From: a virus
Virus record (IMG/VR): IMGVR_UViG_3300000228_000002
Span: 58,159 to 122,158 of that record
Direction: 5' to 3' (one strand)
Length of the DNA stretch: 64,000 nt
Shown: positions 50,317 to 59,551 of the stretch, in pieces
How positions within the stretch are numbered: the first letter of the stretch is position 1
How the letters are laid out: each line of letters begins with the position of its first letter
Made by a program: the position numbers and the translations under genes
Notes under the pieces: model-generated
Seen by the model: the letters and a program-made list of their open reading frames with translations, nothing else
The model's database searches: none
What the model was told of the DNA's origin: nothing

Positions 50317-51024
50317 ATGATTGATTTAAAAAGATCACATTCGGACATGAGACTTTCTCGTGCTCTTGCTGCTGGTACAGTAGTTGAGCAAGAAGGTGTA
50401 CTTCTTTGCGCAGTTCTTGAAGATGGTGTTGAAAAAGCCACTATCGTAGCAACTGTTGCTGGTACTGAAAAAGTTATTGGTTTTTCAATGACTGGCGATA
50501 GCCAACCATCTCAGACTTCTAACGTTGAAAGCGTTAAAGTTCCTGCTTCTGGTTCGTACGTTGCTCAGCTTTCAAAGACAAACCTTATTGCTGGTAAAGC
50601 TCGTTTCGTAGCTAACGGTACTGCACTTACTATCATCACTATTGGTGCTCCAGCTGCTGGCGAAGTTCTTGTAAACCTTTCTACAGGCGCTCTTACTTTC
50701 AATGCTGCTCAAGCAGGTGCTACTGTTGTTGCAACATACATCTACGAGCTTACTCTTTCTCAGTCGAAAGCTGCTTTCGGTCAACGTCACATCAACAACG
50801 GCGGGTTGCATGCAGAATTCGGTCAAGTTGAAGTTCAAGCTGGTCACGGCGAACTTTACACAGACCAGTTCAATGCTGCTGCTGACTATTCTACTAACCC
50901 AGCTCTTACGCTTGGTGACAATGGAATCGTTACAGTTGGTGGTGCAGGTGTTGCTCTTAATGCATCAGTTGTGCACGTTCCAAATGCTGAGAATCCACTT
51001 CTTGGTATTCGTTTCCACTTCTAA
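50317..51024 (+). CDS. head decoration/structural protein
   Basis: Strong SD, strongly biased codons, Ala/Gly/Thr-rich, own terminator. Confidence 0.65.
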   Translation: MIDLKRSHSDMRLSRALAAGTVVEQEGVLLCAVLEDGVEKATIVATVAGTEKVIGFSMTGDSQPSQTSNVESVKVPASGSYVAQLSKTNLIAGKARFVANGTALTIITIGAPAAGEVLVNLSTGALTFNAAQAGATVVATYIYELTLSQSKAAFGQRHINNGGLHAEFGQVEVQAGHGELYTDQFNAAADYSTNPALTLGDNGIVTVGGAGVALNASVVHVPNAENPLLGIRFHF

Positions 51025-51051
51025 TCATTACGTCCCAGACAATATGATGAA

Positions 51052-51079
51052 AGAAAGACCTCCTTCGGGAGGTCTTTCT
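51052..51079 (+). terminator. intrinsic terminator
   Basis: AGAAAGACCTCC-TTCG-GGAGGTCTTTCT. Confidence 0.85.
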
Positions 51080-51127
51080 GTATGTGGATGGGTCTTAATT
51101 TGTCTAAAAGACTCAATGAGAGGCACC

Positions 51128-51832
51128 ATGGAACCAGACTACTTAGTCCGCAAAGATAAAATGGGTACATACCTAGTGACCAAGTGGGAAGGTGGTGCAC
51201 AACCAACTGCTATCTATACTGTTACAGACACCAACAGAGGCATGACGTGTAATTGCCCTGGTTCGTACAGAGACAAAAACTGCAAACATATACAATTAGT
51301 CAAAGAACATATTAAAAATCCTGACAAGACAATGTCAAAAGTCATAACATCTGCTATGATAGGCTTGGTAGTAGAGTCAGCTATGGTTAGCAAATTTCAA
51401 AAAGAACTCGTCAAGCATTTAAGTCAATACAACCCTCAAATAGTTGAGGACTTGCACGTAACACTGGCCCTGATCCCACAAGCCCAAACTCACCAACTTG
51501 ATGAAGCTGTTAAGGATGTAGCTACGTTTGAACCAGAATTTAGGACTCTTGAATTAGAGTTACTTCCTGGGAAAGACTTTGATTATCTAGTATTCAAGTT
51601 GATGCCAGACAGTCATTTCAAAGAGTTGACTGATCTCTTGAAACTCACAGTCGATGCAAAAATAAGACCCGATTTCGTTCCACACGTCTCAATAATGAAG
51701 TTCTCACACGGTAATTTCGACGAAATTCTAGAGAAAGTTCACTCTATCAGAGTTCCAAGCTTCCATTTAGTACCCACCAGTGTTGGTGTCTGGAATTCCT
51801 CTTTCAACATGTTCAAAGAATCCAGAATCTAG
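51128..51832 (+). CDS. SWIM zinc finger fused to a 2H phosphoesterase
   Basis: TCNCP.....CKH; LHVTL and PHVSI (two HxT/S motifs). Confidence 0.8.
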   Translation: MEPDYLVRKDKMGTYLVTKWEGGAQPTAIYTVTDTNRGMTCNCPGSYRDKNCKHIQLVKEHIKNPDKTMSKVITSAMIGLVVESAMVSKFQKELVKHLSQYNPQIVEDLHVTLALIPQAQTHQLDEAVKDVATFEPEFRTLELELLPGKDFDYLVFKLMPDSHFKELTDLLKLTVDAKIRPDFVPHVSIMKFSHGNFDEILEKVHSIRVPSFHLVPTSVGVWNSSFNMFKESRI

Positions 51833-51877
51833 GTATAAAATCTAGTATGGATGATCGACATATCTTAAGGCTGGCCA

Positions 51878-54433
51878 GTGTTTCCAACTTTGAACGTAAG
51901 AGGCATATTCGGAACCATACCTGATACACCGATAAAAGTTCAGGAAGGATTATGCGTAGCTACCAGACACCTAGGAAGAAATGGCTCCCTTCTGTCTGAA
52001 ATAGCTAGCACTATACAGGTAGCTAAGGTACCCCACGTGATTGAAAAAGACATAAGCTTCGTGTGTGGGATACGTAAGAGACTTGAAGATGGGAAATGCA
52101 ACAGTAGAAACTACTCGCAAGGTGAGAGAGTCCATGGCATAGACGGTATTTCACCTTGCCTCTCGGCTCAGATGGGTGGTACTGCTAACGGTAGTGTGTT
52201 AATAGTTGAGGGGATAGACAATATGAAAGAGCTTTCAATGAAGCCAATTAAAAGACCACCCATGGTGGAGAAGTTAAAGAAAAAGCTTAGAGCTATGCCA
52301 GAGGTAAATCTGGTTGACATGGGTATCCCATTCGGTAACAACCAACCGACCTCAAAGTTGAAAGACATTCTCGAAACCAATGTTGAACCCAAATATTATC
52401 TCCGCAAGGAAATCGTCGAGAAAATCGTTAAAGAATCGGGTTTTGAGGAAAGATTGGTAAGTCTCAAGACACCTTACAATAGAGATGAGCCTAAGATGGG
52501 TTCAGATATTTCGTACTGTCTCGATGCCACTTATGTTAAGGGTACCAATACTACTATGAAGTCCAATAGGCAACTGGTAGGAGAAGGTAATCCGGAAATT
52601 GTCACATTGAATGAACCCAAGCATTCAAATAACAAAATTTACTCAGAGGATGGGATATCACCAACACTTACCACTATGGGCGGTAGAAATAGACAACCAT
52701 CCATTTATGAGGATCAAACTACTGTTGCCTATTCTAAGTCAACAAGAGATACTCACGTAGATCACCGAGGTAAAGTTGATGGAGAAGCCAACACTATTTC
52801 TACTGGTGACGGTGGAGGCAACCAAAGTACTCAAAACTTCGTGGTTCAATACAACCGTAAAGATGAAGTAGGGAAAGAGCTTGAAGTTAGTCATACTCTC
52901 AACAGTTCCGATTGGAGAGGCATCAACAGAAACCAAGATCAAAGTGCCGTTCTAGAGTGTCTCACACCAAATGCCAAATATAAGAGCGAAAACGTCTACT
53001 CTGATGAAGGTATTGGACCATGTTTACAAGCTCACCAAGGTGGTACTGCAGGCAAAAGTGCATTGACTACTAACGTGAGTGAACCTTACCGAATTAGAAA
53101 ACTCACCCCTAGGGAGTGTGAAAAACTACAGGGTTATCCAGATGTTCTGCACAAAATTACCTTTAGCCTATGTTCAGACCAAGTAAAGAACTATGTAAAT
53201 GTGGTAAGCAAAAATCCCAGGTTGCAAAGATTTGTAGAGAATGTCGAGTTACAAGAATTACGAAAACTTGTTCATGTGGCAAAAAATTCACTACCACACC
53301 ATCACAAAACTACGTTTCATGTAGTTGAGAATGCCAATACCGAAGCCACACAGGTGGAGTTCAGAAGACAAAGCTCAGAATTGAATGGAACTGTAGACAG
53401 TGTGGTAGCCTCAATTCTACTAGACCATCAAAAGTTAGGGGAAAATTTTGTAACGGAAAGTGTAGTGGCAAGTATCACAGAGGAGCAAATAACACTTCAT
53501 GGAAAGGTGGGATATCGCCACTCAGGGATGTGTATTTCTCCAAACCTCAATGGAGAATCCTTACAGGATATATTAGAAAAAGAGATGGGTTCTCATGTGT
53601 TAAGTGTGGTAGGAAATGCCACGGTAAGAGGGAAAGCCACATCCATCATATCAAACCATTTAAATACACACTTTTTGTATTCAAGCCTAGCAACCTTGTA
53701 CTATTATGCAGAAGCTGCCATGAATGGATTCACTCAACAGGAAACAATGCCAAAGAGTATATCATTGACGATGGAATATACTAGTGGTCACACGGTTTAT
53801 GGTCGTCGTGAGAATGGTGAAGTATATGAGATGACCAACACCCAGAGGTACAGACAATGTGGTAATGGTGTATCATCACCTGTTCCGGCGTATATACTTT
53901 CTAAGCTCATCCCAAAAGATGAACAAATAGAATTATTCTCATTGTTCTCAGGTATTGGTGGTACGGAGCTTGATTTGGATAAAGAGCAATTCAAAACTGT
54001 TGCACTCTGTGAGTGGGATAAGTTTGCCTCGGACGTGTTAAGATATCACCACCCAGAAACCATAAACTTTGGCGACGTAACCAAGGTTCTCGAACGTAGA
54101 GCAGAAGTACCAAGATGTAACATGGTAGCAGGTGGTTTTCCGTGTCAGGCATGGTCATCAGCTGGTCTTAGACAGGGTTTCGACGATGCCCGTGGCCGTG
54201 GGGATATGGTTTTCCGTATGTTCAAGATTATCCAGGAACTGAAGCCAAAATATGTGTTATGTGAGAACGTTAAAGGGCTAATGACCTTTGATGGTGGAAA
54301 TGCTTTCATTGAAATATGTAAGTCTCTATCTGAACTTGGATATGAGTTCGATTTCGAAATACTCAACTCCAAAAATTTCGGGTTGGCCCAAAACCGTGAG
54401 AGAATGTTTCTATTTGGCAGACTGAAGACTTAA
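51878..54433 (+). CDS. circularly permuted, multi-TRD C5-cytosine DNA methyltransferase with internal insertion
   Basis: Order TRDs, IX (RKLTPRECEKLQGYPD), X (YRQCGNGV), I (LFSGIGG), IV (GGFPCQ), VI (ENVKG), VIII (QNRER). Confidence 0.92.
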   Translation: MFPTLNVRGIFGTIPDTPIKVQEGLCVATRHLGRNGSLLSEIASTIQVAKVPHVIEKDISFVCGIRKRLEDGKCNSRNYSQGERVHGIDGISPCLSAQMGGTANGSVLIVEGIDNMKELSMKPIKRPPMVEKLKKKLRAMPEVNLVDMGIPFGNNQPTSKLKDILETNVEPKYYLRKEIVEKIVKESGFEERLVSLKTPYNRDEPKMGSDISYCLDATYVKGTNTTMKSNRQLVGEGNPEIVTLNEPKHSNNKIYSEDGISPTLTTMGGRNRQPSIYEDQTTVAYSKSTRDTHVDHRGKVDGEANTISTGDGGGNQSTQNFVVQYNRKDEVGKELEVSHTLNSSDWRGINRNQDQSAVLECLTPNAKYKSENVYSDEGIGPCLQAHQGGTAGKSALTTNVSEPYRIRKLTPRECEKLQGYPDVLHKITFSLCSDQVKNYVNVVSKNPRLQRFVENVELQELRKLVHVAKNSLPHHHKTTFHVVENANTEATQVEFRRQSSELNGTVDSVVASILLDHQKLGENFVTESVVASITEEQITLHGKVGYRHSGMCISPNLNGESLQDILEKEMGSHVLSVVGNATVRGKATSIISNHLNTHFLYSSLATLYYYAEAAMNGFTQQETMPKSISLTMEYTSGHTVYGRRENGEVYEMTNTQRYRQCGNGVSSPVPAYILSKLIPKDEQIELFSLFSGIGGTELDLDKEQFKTVALCEWDKFASDVLRYHHPETINFGDVTKVLERRAEVPRCNMVAGGFPCQAWSSAGLRQGFDDARGRGDMVFRMFKIIQELKPKYVLCENVKGLMTFDGGNAFIEICKSLSELGYEFDFEILNSKNFGLAQNRERMFLFGRLKT
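53170..53784 (+). pseudogene. Zn-finger/HNH endonuclease nested in the -1 frame of the MTase, with one internal TGA
   Basis: MFRPSKELCKCGK...CS*EC...WKGG...RDGFSCVKCG..HIHHIKP..NLVLLCRSCH; TGA at 53326-53328. Confidence 0.85.
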
Positions 54434-54793
54434 TACGATTTGTCTTCGTTGATCTTCACTGAAATATGAGAAGTCTCTGATTTCCTCTATTTCGGATAGG
54501 TTCAACCATAAAGTCTTACCAAGTTCCTTGGCATACTTCCACAGTGGCATAGAGGCTTTTTCTAGGTTGATATCACCAACGAAATTACCATTATTGTCTC
54601 TTGGGTAACATTCATCGAAGTTGGCTTTAATGCAGTCGAAGAATGATATAGAGTCATCCGTTTTCACCAGAGTGCAATTAGCCAAATTCTCAGGCTTGCC
54701 TAGGTCATACGACTTATCTAGGTCCCAACATCCGTAATTGAACTTCTTGAACTTCACAGGTGATTCTAAATTCCGTTTCGTTTCCCAGTGCAT
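54410..54793 (-). CDS. hypothetical protein
   Basis: GGAGG SD before ATG 54793. Confidence 0.6.
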   Translation of the reverse strand: MHWETKRNLESPVKFKKFNYGCWDLDKSYDLGKPENLANCTLVKTDDSISFFDCIKANFDECYPRDNNGNFVGDINLEKASMPLWKYAKELGKTLWLNLSEIEEIRDFSYFSEDQRRQIVLSLQSAK

Positions 54794-54877
54794 ATAGCCT
54801 CCGATTTCGGATATTTTAACACATAGTATTAGGTTTCCACAAGTTATGTTAAAGGAGTTGACAACAAAGGGAAGAAA

Positions 54878-55567
54878 ATGTCTAAAGAATTGACACTTGA
54901 AATAATGAGAAAGGCTAGGATTGTTAATCCCACAACTGCACAGGTGATCAACTTCATCGTCACTGCCAATCTTTCTCAAGCTGAGAGAAAGGACTTCGAA
55001 AAGCTAGCAGCAAAACTCAACCCTGATATAGAGAAACCGTTCCTCAAGATAGACGACGTTGAGAAAGCATTTGCAGAATCCGAAATACGATACCCGTATG
55101 ATTTCTCCAGGATATCAATGTACCTCAAGGATCTAGCAGACGAGCTGGATCAGAGAAAAAGTATAAGTGGATACGAAAATACTATCAAACTCATCCCCGT
55201 AGAATACCTAAATAAATGGGATCTCCCAAACTTGATCGGAAAGCTACTCTCCCAAAACTTTTGGGAACCTAGAGTTAAAGCTATGTCCAACAAGGTGAAC
55301 AAGGGGTACTTCACTGATAGAACTGGTATTTCTATTGCCGAATTGCCAGAGCTCGGTACTTCCTTCGTAACATACGACGAAGCTCGTAAAGCATATGACG
55401 AAGCAAAAAGCGATGAAGAGAAAGTCCTAGCATTGAAACATATGATTTCCCAGATGGGTGGCAACAATACTGACTATTTGAAGGGAGTGAATAACTTCAA
55501 TGTTCAAGAGCAGTTGAAGTCGCTAACCGAGATGTGGGAATTCTTGAAGTTTACAGCAGGTTACTAG
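54878..55567 (+). CDS. hypothetical protein (possible internal head protein)
   Basis: 229 aa ORF with TTA/VTA motifs near the N-terminus. Confidence 0.6.
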   Translation: MSKELTLEIMRKARIVNPTTAQVINFIVTANLSQAERKDFEKLAAKLNPDIEKPFLKIDDVEKAFAESEIRYPYDFSRISMYLKDLADELDQRKSISGYENTIKLIPVEYLNKWDLPNLIGKLLSQNFWEPRVKAMSNKVNKGYFTDRTGISIAELPELGTSFVTYDEARKAYDEAKSDEEKVLALKHMISQMGGNNTDYLKGVNNFNVQEQLKSLTEMWEFLKFTAGY

Positions 55568-55593
55568 TAGTTCTAACATAGCTATTTTTAAGA

Positions 55594-57555
55594 ATGGCTT
55601 TCACAAGAGATTACAAGACAAACTTCAAATTTGTAGAACAGTCTAACCAGACTTACTATCACGACATAAGAGTCTTCATCATGGGTGTTGACGTTTCCCC
55701 ATGGCTGATGTCCGATGTGGCAATTACTTATTCGAAGAATGGTGGTATAAATTCTGCGTCATTCACTTTATCCAATCAATACAATGCATTTGTATTAACT
55801 GAGGCAAACCTTATTGGCAATGGCGGTAAAGGAACATGGAGATTGCAGAACCCATATTCCCCTGAGGGCCAGTACTCGGAGCAAGCCAAACACGCAATGT
55901 GGACTCTAAAGAATTCCGACGGTAGAAATGTTGCGCATAGAGTGAGCTCCTTCGGACCTATAAAAGGTAGTGGGCATAGTAAGGCTTCGGTTCTAGAGGT
56001 TGGTAAGAATGCCTCTCAGGCACAATCGTCCGTTACACATAGATACCCGTTTGCTCCAGGAAGCCTAGCAATACACAAATTCGACCATGTTCGGATCTTT
56101 GCTAAGAACCCCCTGACTATGACAAACGAGTGGATGTGTGTCTTTTCTGGTTTTGTAGATTTGAAGCCTTTCAATGAAGACTTAGTCTATGGTATGAGCT
56201 CAATCAAGGTTTCATGTCAGGATATCAGATATGCTATGCAAAGAATGCGCACACAAGCCAATCCAGCAGCATCAATTGGTAATGAGAATGCTTTACAGTT
56301 TTCTAACGGTGGACCTGTAGAGAATAACCCCGATGCCGGGTATTTTAACGATTTAGTAGGTCCCAACTCCATGACCAGCCACGTGCTAGGTGGGGTAACT
56401 TTCCTTGGTACTATTACTTTCCTGTTGCTAGGCGAAACCCCTATTCGAAGTGCCGATTCTACTGCAGGGGAAATATCAGTAGGGAATAGTGACACTACCA
56501 ACGTTAAAAAAGCCTTAAATCAGGTAGGTGAACTAGAACTAGGGGAATCAATAACTTTCGACCCTAGTGCAGCAAATAAAAACCAGATCTTAGAAGAATG
56601 GAATGATTTGGTTCTCTTCCGAGAGTTTGGCATGATGACTGAAGCAGAAATGATTCGGATTGGTCAAGAAACTCACGAATGGGGTCTTTATTCCATATGG
56701 AAAGCAAAAGTTCATATTTTGAGACCAGCCGATGGATTACCAACATCCAACTTGGTGGAAGCATCTATAACGGCAGGGAGGATCGGGGATAAGATTCAGT
56801 GGTCCTCAAGACTTGAACTTCTCCTTGATATATGTGATAACATAGACTATGTATTCTACGTTTCGCCTTGGGGAGACATAATATTTGAGTTCCCTATGTG
56901 GGATTTTTCACCTAAGGACTATGGTTCTAGGTATGAGGAAGTATATAAATTTGTAAACCACATTGTGTCTAGGGACATAAATGATGAGGGTGGCGAAGCG
57001 ATATCAGCATTGACAGTAGAGTCGAGCCAGTTACAGGCCGAGACTAAACCATCTGATGAGACACCCAACAACATTAACGGTTACGCTTCTAATAGAGAAT
57101 TAACTAGAACTATCTTCTCCAATGCACTAGCATCTAGAATTGGAGTACAAGTAAAAACTGTAGTGAAGCCTGGTATTATTAATCAGGATTTGTTGGCACA
57201 GTATGGTCTTATAGAATTTGCCAAGGCTACTGCGGATTACAATAAACACTCCTTCAGAGCTCAGTATAGACCATTTCTTATGTTGAATCGACCAGTCTAT
57301 GACATCGATGCATATAAGATAGGGACTCTAAATAATATGACGACGACATGGAGATTGCGCGAGTCAGTTGATATTGACTTGGATCTGAACTATGTTAGAA
57401 GAGGTGAGATAGGTTCTGAAGGAAACGTCGTCTTCAGATTTATCACCGGTGGGGAAGCCTCTACTATATCTTACAACAAGATCTACACTGATAGGTCTCT
57501 TGGTGGAACAGGAGTAGGCGATACTGGCAATAAAGCCAAAGAGGGCGAAGAATGA
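55594..57555 (+). CDS. baseplate hub-like tail protein
   Basis: IRVFI.GVDVS, ASFTL, FSGFV, SCQD, FYVSPWGDIIFEFP pattern; precedes the spike-like gene. Confidence 0.6.
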   Translation: MAFTRDYKTNFKFVEQSNQTYYHDIRVFIMGVDVSPWLMSDVAITYSKNGGINSASFTLSNQYNAFVLTEANLIGNGGKGTWRLQNPYSPEGQYSEQAKHAMWTLKNSDGRNVAHRVSSFGPIKGSGHSKASVLEVGKNASQAQSSVTHRYPFAPGSLAIHKFDHVRIFAKNPLTMTNEWMCVFSGFVDLKPFNEDLVYGMSSIKVSCQDIRYAMQRMRTQANPAASIGNENALQFSNGGPVENNPDAGYFNDLVGPNSMTSHVLGGVTFLGTITFLLLGETPIRSADSTAGEISVGNSDTTNVKKALNQVGELELGESITFDPSAANKNQILEEWNDLVLFREFGMMTEAEMIRIGQETHEWGLYSIWKAKVHILRPADGLPTSNLVEASITAGRIGDKIQWSSRLELLLDICDNIDYVFYVSPWGDIIFEFPMWDFSPKDYGSRYEEVYKFVNHIVSRDINDEGGEAISALTVESSQLQAETKPSDETPNNINGYASNRELTRTIFSNALASRIGVQVKTVVKPGIINQDLLAQYGLIEFAKATADYNKHSFRAQYRPFLMLNRPVYDIDAYKIGTLNNMTTTWRLRESVDIDLDLNYVRRGEIGSEGNVVFRFITGGEASTISYNKIYTDRSLGGTGVGDTGNKAKEGEE

Positions 57556-58874
57556 AATGGGTTCAGGAGCTTTATCAAGCCGGAAAACAAGAACAATCCA
57601 ATAAACAGGGTCGGGTTCTTCCATATTCTTCATACGTAGACTCTGTTTCTTCAGATACAGAAAAAGCAATCATAAGGAACTGGGCTACCAAGGGTAGAGA
57701 ACTTAGCATATCTCACCCATTCATCTCATCGGGTGCTTGGATTAGAGCACTACCTGAAGAGGGTGCTCAATACATGACTACCAACAGGGCTGATGAATCA
57801 GAACCACAATTGCTCTCTACCATCTCTAAGGGTACGGAAGTAAGGGTACAAGCCTACAGAGACAAAGTGGGTGTTTTCAGGGTTCTATCACCTGGAGAGA
57901 TTGAGATATCATCAAGAGGACTGTCACAAGCATTCTATTCTTCAAGAGCATTCTCATCCACTAGAGCTGGCAATCTCCTAAGGACTATGAATCAGGATGA
58001 ACTGTCCGTCATGGAAAGATCGCCTATTCAACTCAAACAGTTTCTCAACTACAAAGTAGGAGAATTGGGTGACGAACACAGAGTGGGAATTGTTAGCAGA
58101 TATATGAATTCCTGGAAGACCATATTTCCAAAACTGAATGAAAAGTACATGGCTGAAGAATACTTCAGTATGACTAACCCAGCTTTATCTGCTCCAAACA
58201 TTTTGTTCACTATTCAGAGAGGACATGTTACTGACAAACTTGGTGTACCTGTTAACCATAACAAAACCCAATTGCCACTCAGGATGTCTCAAAAATATTA
58301 TGCCAACGATGATACTGCAACATCCTTCGAAATTGATCAGTCTGGAAACTACTTGATCAAGCTAGCCCAGGCCGCTACCGAAGGTATGTATGTGGAAGTT
58401 CCAAACGGAAATTTCCGTTCCGTGGTTGAAAAAGACACCAATTGGACGGTTAATGGAAACTGGTCTCTACTTCTCAAGGGTACAAGATCGGAAGATATAC
58501 AAGGTGCCAAAAAGGTTCTAGTAACCAAAGCTTACTCCCTCAAAGCAGACAGTATAACAGAAGAGTCTGCCAAAGCATATTCGGTAAAAACACAAAGCTA
58601 CAAGATGACAGCAAGTGCTACGTATGATATAACTGCTACTGGCCCAGCCAAAGTGATGTCACAAGCTAAAGCAGAGTTCATAGGAACTGCCGGAACTGAT
58701 GTTGGTAGTCCAGCCAGTATTACAAATGTTAATGGTACTCTAGTTAATTTAGGTACTAACACACCAGCAGTCGGGGTAGCTAGGCTTGGTGATATGAGTG
58801 TTGGTATTGGGAACCTTGGTTTTCCTACAATTAGCACTATTATAACTGCTAGCCCTAAAGTAACCAGTGTATGA
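57552..58874 (+). CDS. baseplate spike (gp5/gpV-like)
   Basis: N-terminal WIRALPEEG, beta-helix-like repeats, C-terminal VARLGD...I..ASPKV. Confidence 0.7.
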   Translation: MKWVQELYQAGKQEQSNKQGRVLPYSSYVDSVSSDTEKAIIRNWATKGRELSISHPFISSGAWIRALPEEGAQYMTTNRADESEPQLLSTISKGTEVRVQAYRDKVGVFRVLSPGEIEISSRGLSQAFYSSRAFSSTRAGNLLRTMNQDELSVMERSPIQLKQFLNYKVGELGDEHRVGIVSRYMNSWKTIFPKLNEKYMAEEYFSMTNPALSAPNILFTIQRGHVTDKLGVPVNHNKTQLPLRMSQKYYANDDTATSFEIDQSGNYLIKLAQAATEGMYVEVPNGNFRSVVEKDTNWTVNGNWSLLLKGTRSEDIQGAKKVLVTKAYSLKADSITEESAKAYSVKTQSYKMTASATYDITATGPAKVMSQAKAEFIGTAGTDVGSPASITNVNGTLVNLGTNTPAVGVARLGDMSVGIGNLGFPTISTIITASPKVTSV

Positions 58875-59551
58875 CCAAAGTATGTAACGATTGCAATACT
58901 GAAAAGGATATTGAGAAATTTCATATCAAAAAGTACAGAACGTATAGGTCTGGTATATGTGGTACTTGCAAGTTCAGAAGAAAACAAGCAAAAGACAAAT
59001 TCCTGAAGAATAATTCTCCAGAACAATGGAGGAAACTACGAGATGCCGAAAATGAAGCCAATCGAAAGTGCAGATCAAAAAGAGTATGCAATAAACTAGA
59101 GAAACTTCGATCGTCTACTGATAAAGAGTGCAAAAGGTGTGGGCAGACCAAAGCCATTTCCGAATTCGGAAAGTTTACGTCATCGCAAGGGATTAGAATA
59201 AGACATAATTGCAATAAGTGTATTTCGGATGCAAAAAGAGCCAAGGATCACACCATGGCTGGCAGATATAAAAGATACAAATTTGATGCAGCCAACAAAA
59301 GAAGCAGAAAACTAGATTTTGATCTCAGTAAAGAGCAATTCGAGTCTATAGTTACCAAACCTTGCTACATATGTCGTAGAACCGAGCAGGGATGTGGCTT
59401 TGATATGGGAATCGACCGTTACGATAATAACATGGGATATGTTTATAGCAACTGCCGCCCTTGTTGTAGAACATGCAATGAGATGAAACTAAATAGAACG
59501 TTTGATGATTTCATCGACCATATTAGAAAAATAGGTAGAGTATGGCAATAG
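58871..59551 (+). CDS. HNH-family homing endonuclease
   Basis: CxxC repeats, PCYIC, GIDRYDNNMGYVYSNCRPCCRTCNEMK. Confidence 0.88.
   Translation: MTKVCNDCNTEKDIEKFHIKKYRTYRSGICGTCKFRRKQAKDKFLKNNSPEQWRKLRDAENEANRKCRSKRVCNKLEKLRSSTDKECKRCGQTKAISEFGKFTSSQGIRIRHNCNKCISDAKRAKDHTMAGRYKRYKFDAANKRSRKLDFDLSKEQFESIVTKPCYICRRTEQGCGFDMGIDRYDNNMGYVYSNCRPCCRTCNEMKLNRTFDDFIDHIRKIGRVWQ

Noticed and set aside
50702-51127. N-terminal extension of the 376-aa ORF
   Set aside because: Overlaps the head gene in another frame and crosses a terminator; the real start is probably ATG 51128
53326-53328. TGA recoding (Trp or Sec) as an alternative genetic code
   Set aside because: TGA ends many genes here, including ATGA couplings, and no other gene needs readthrough
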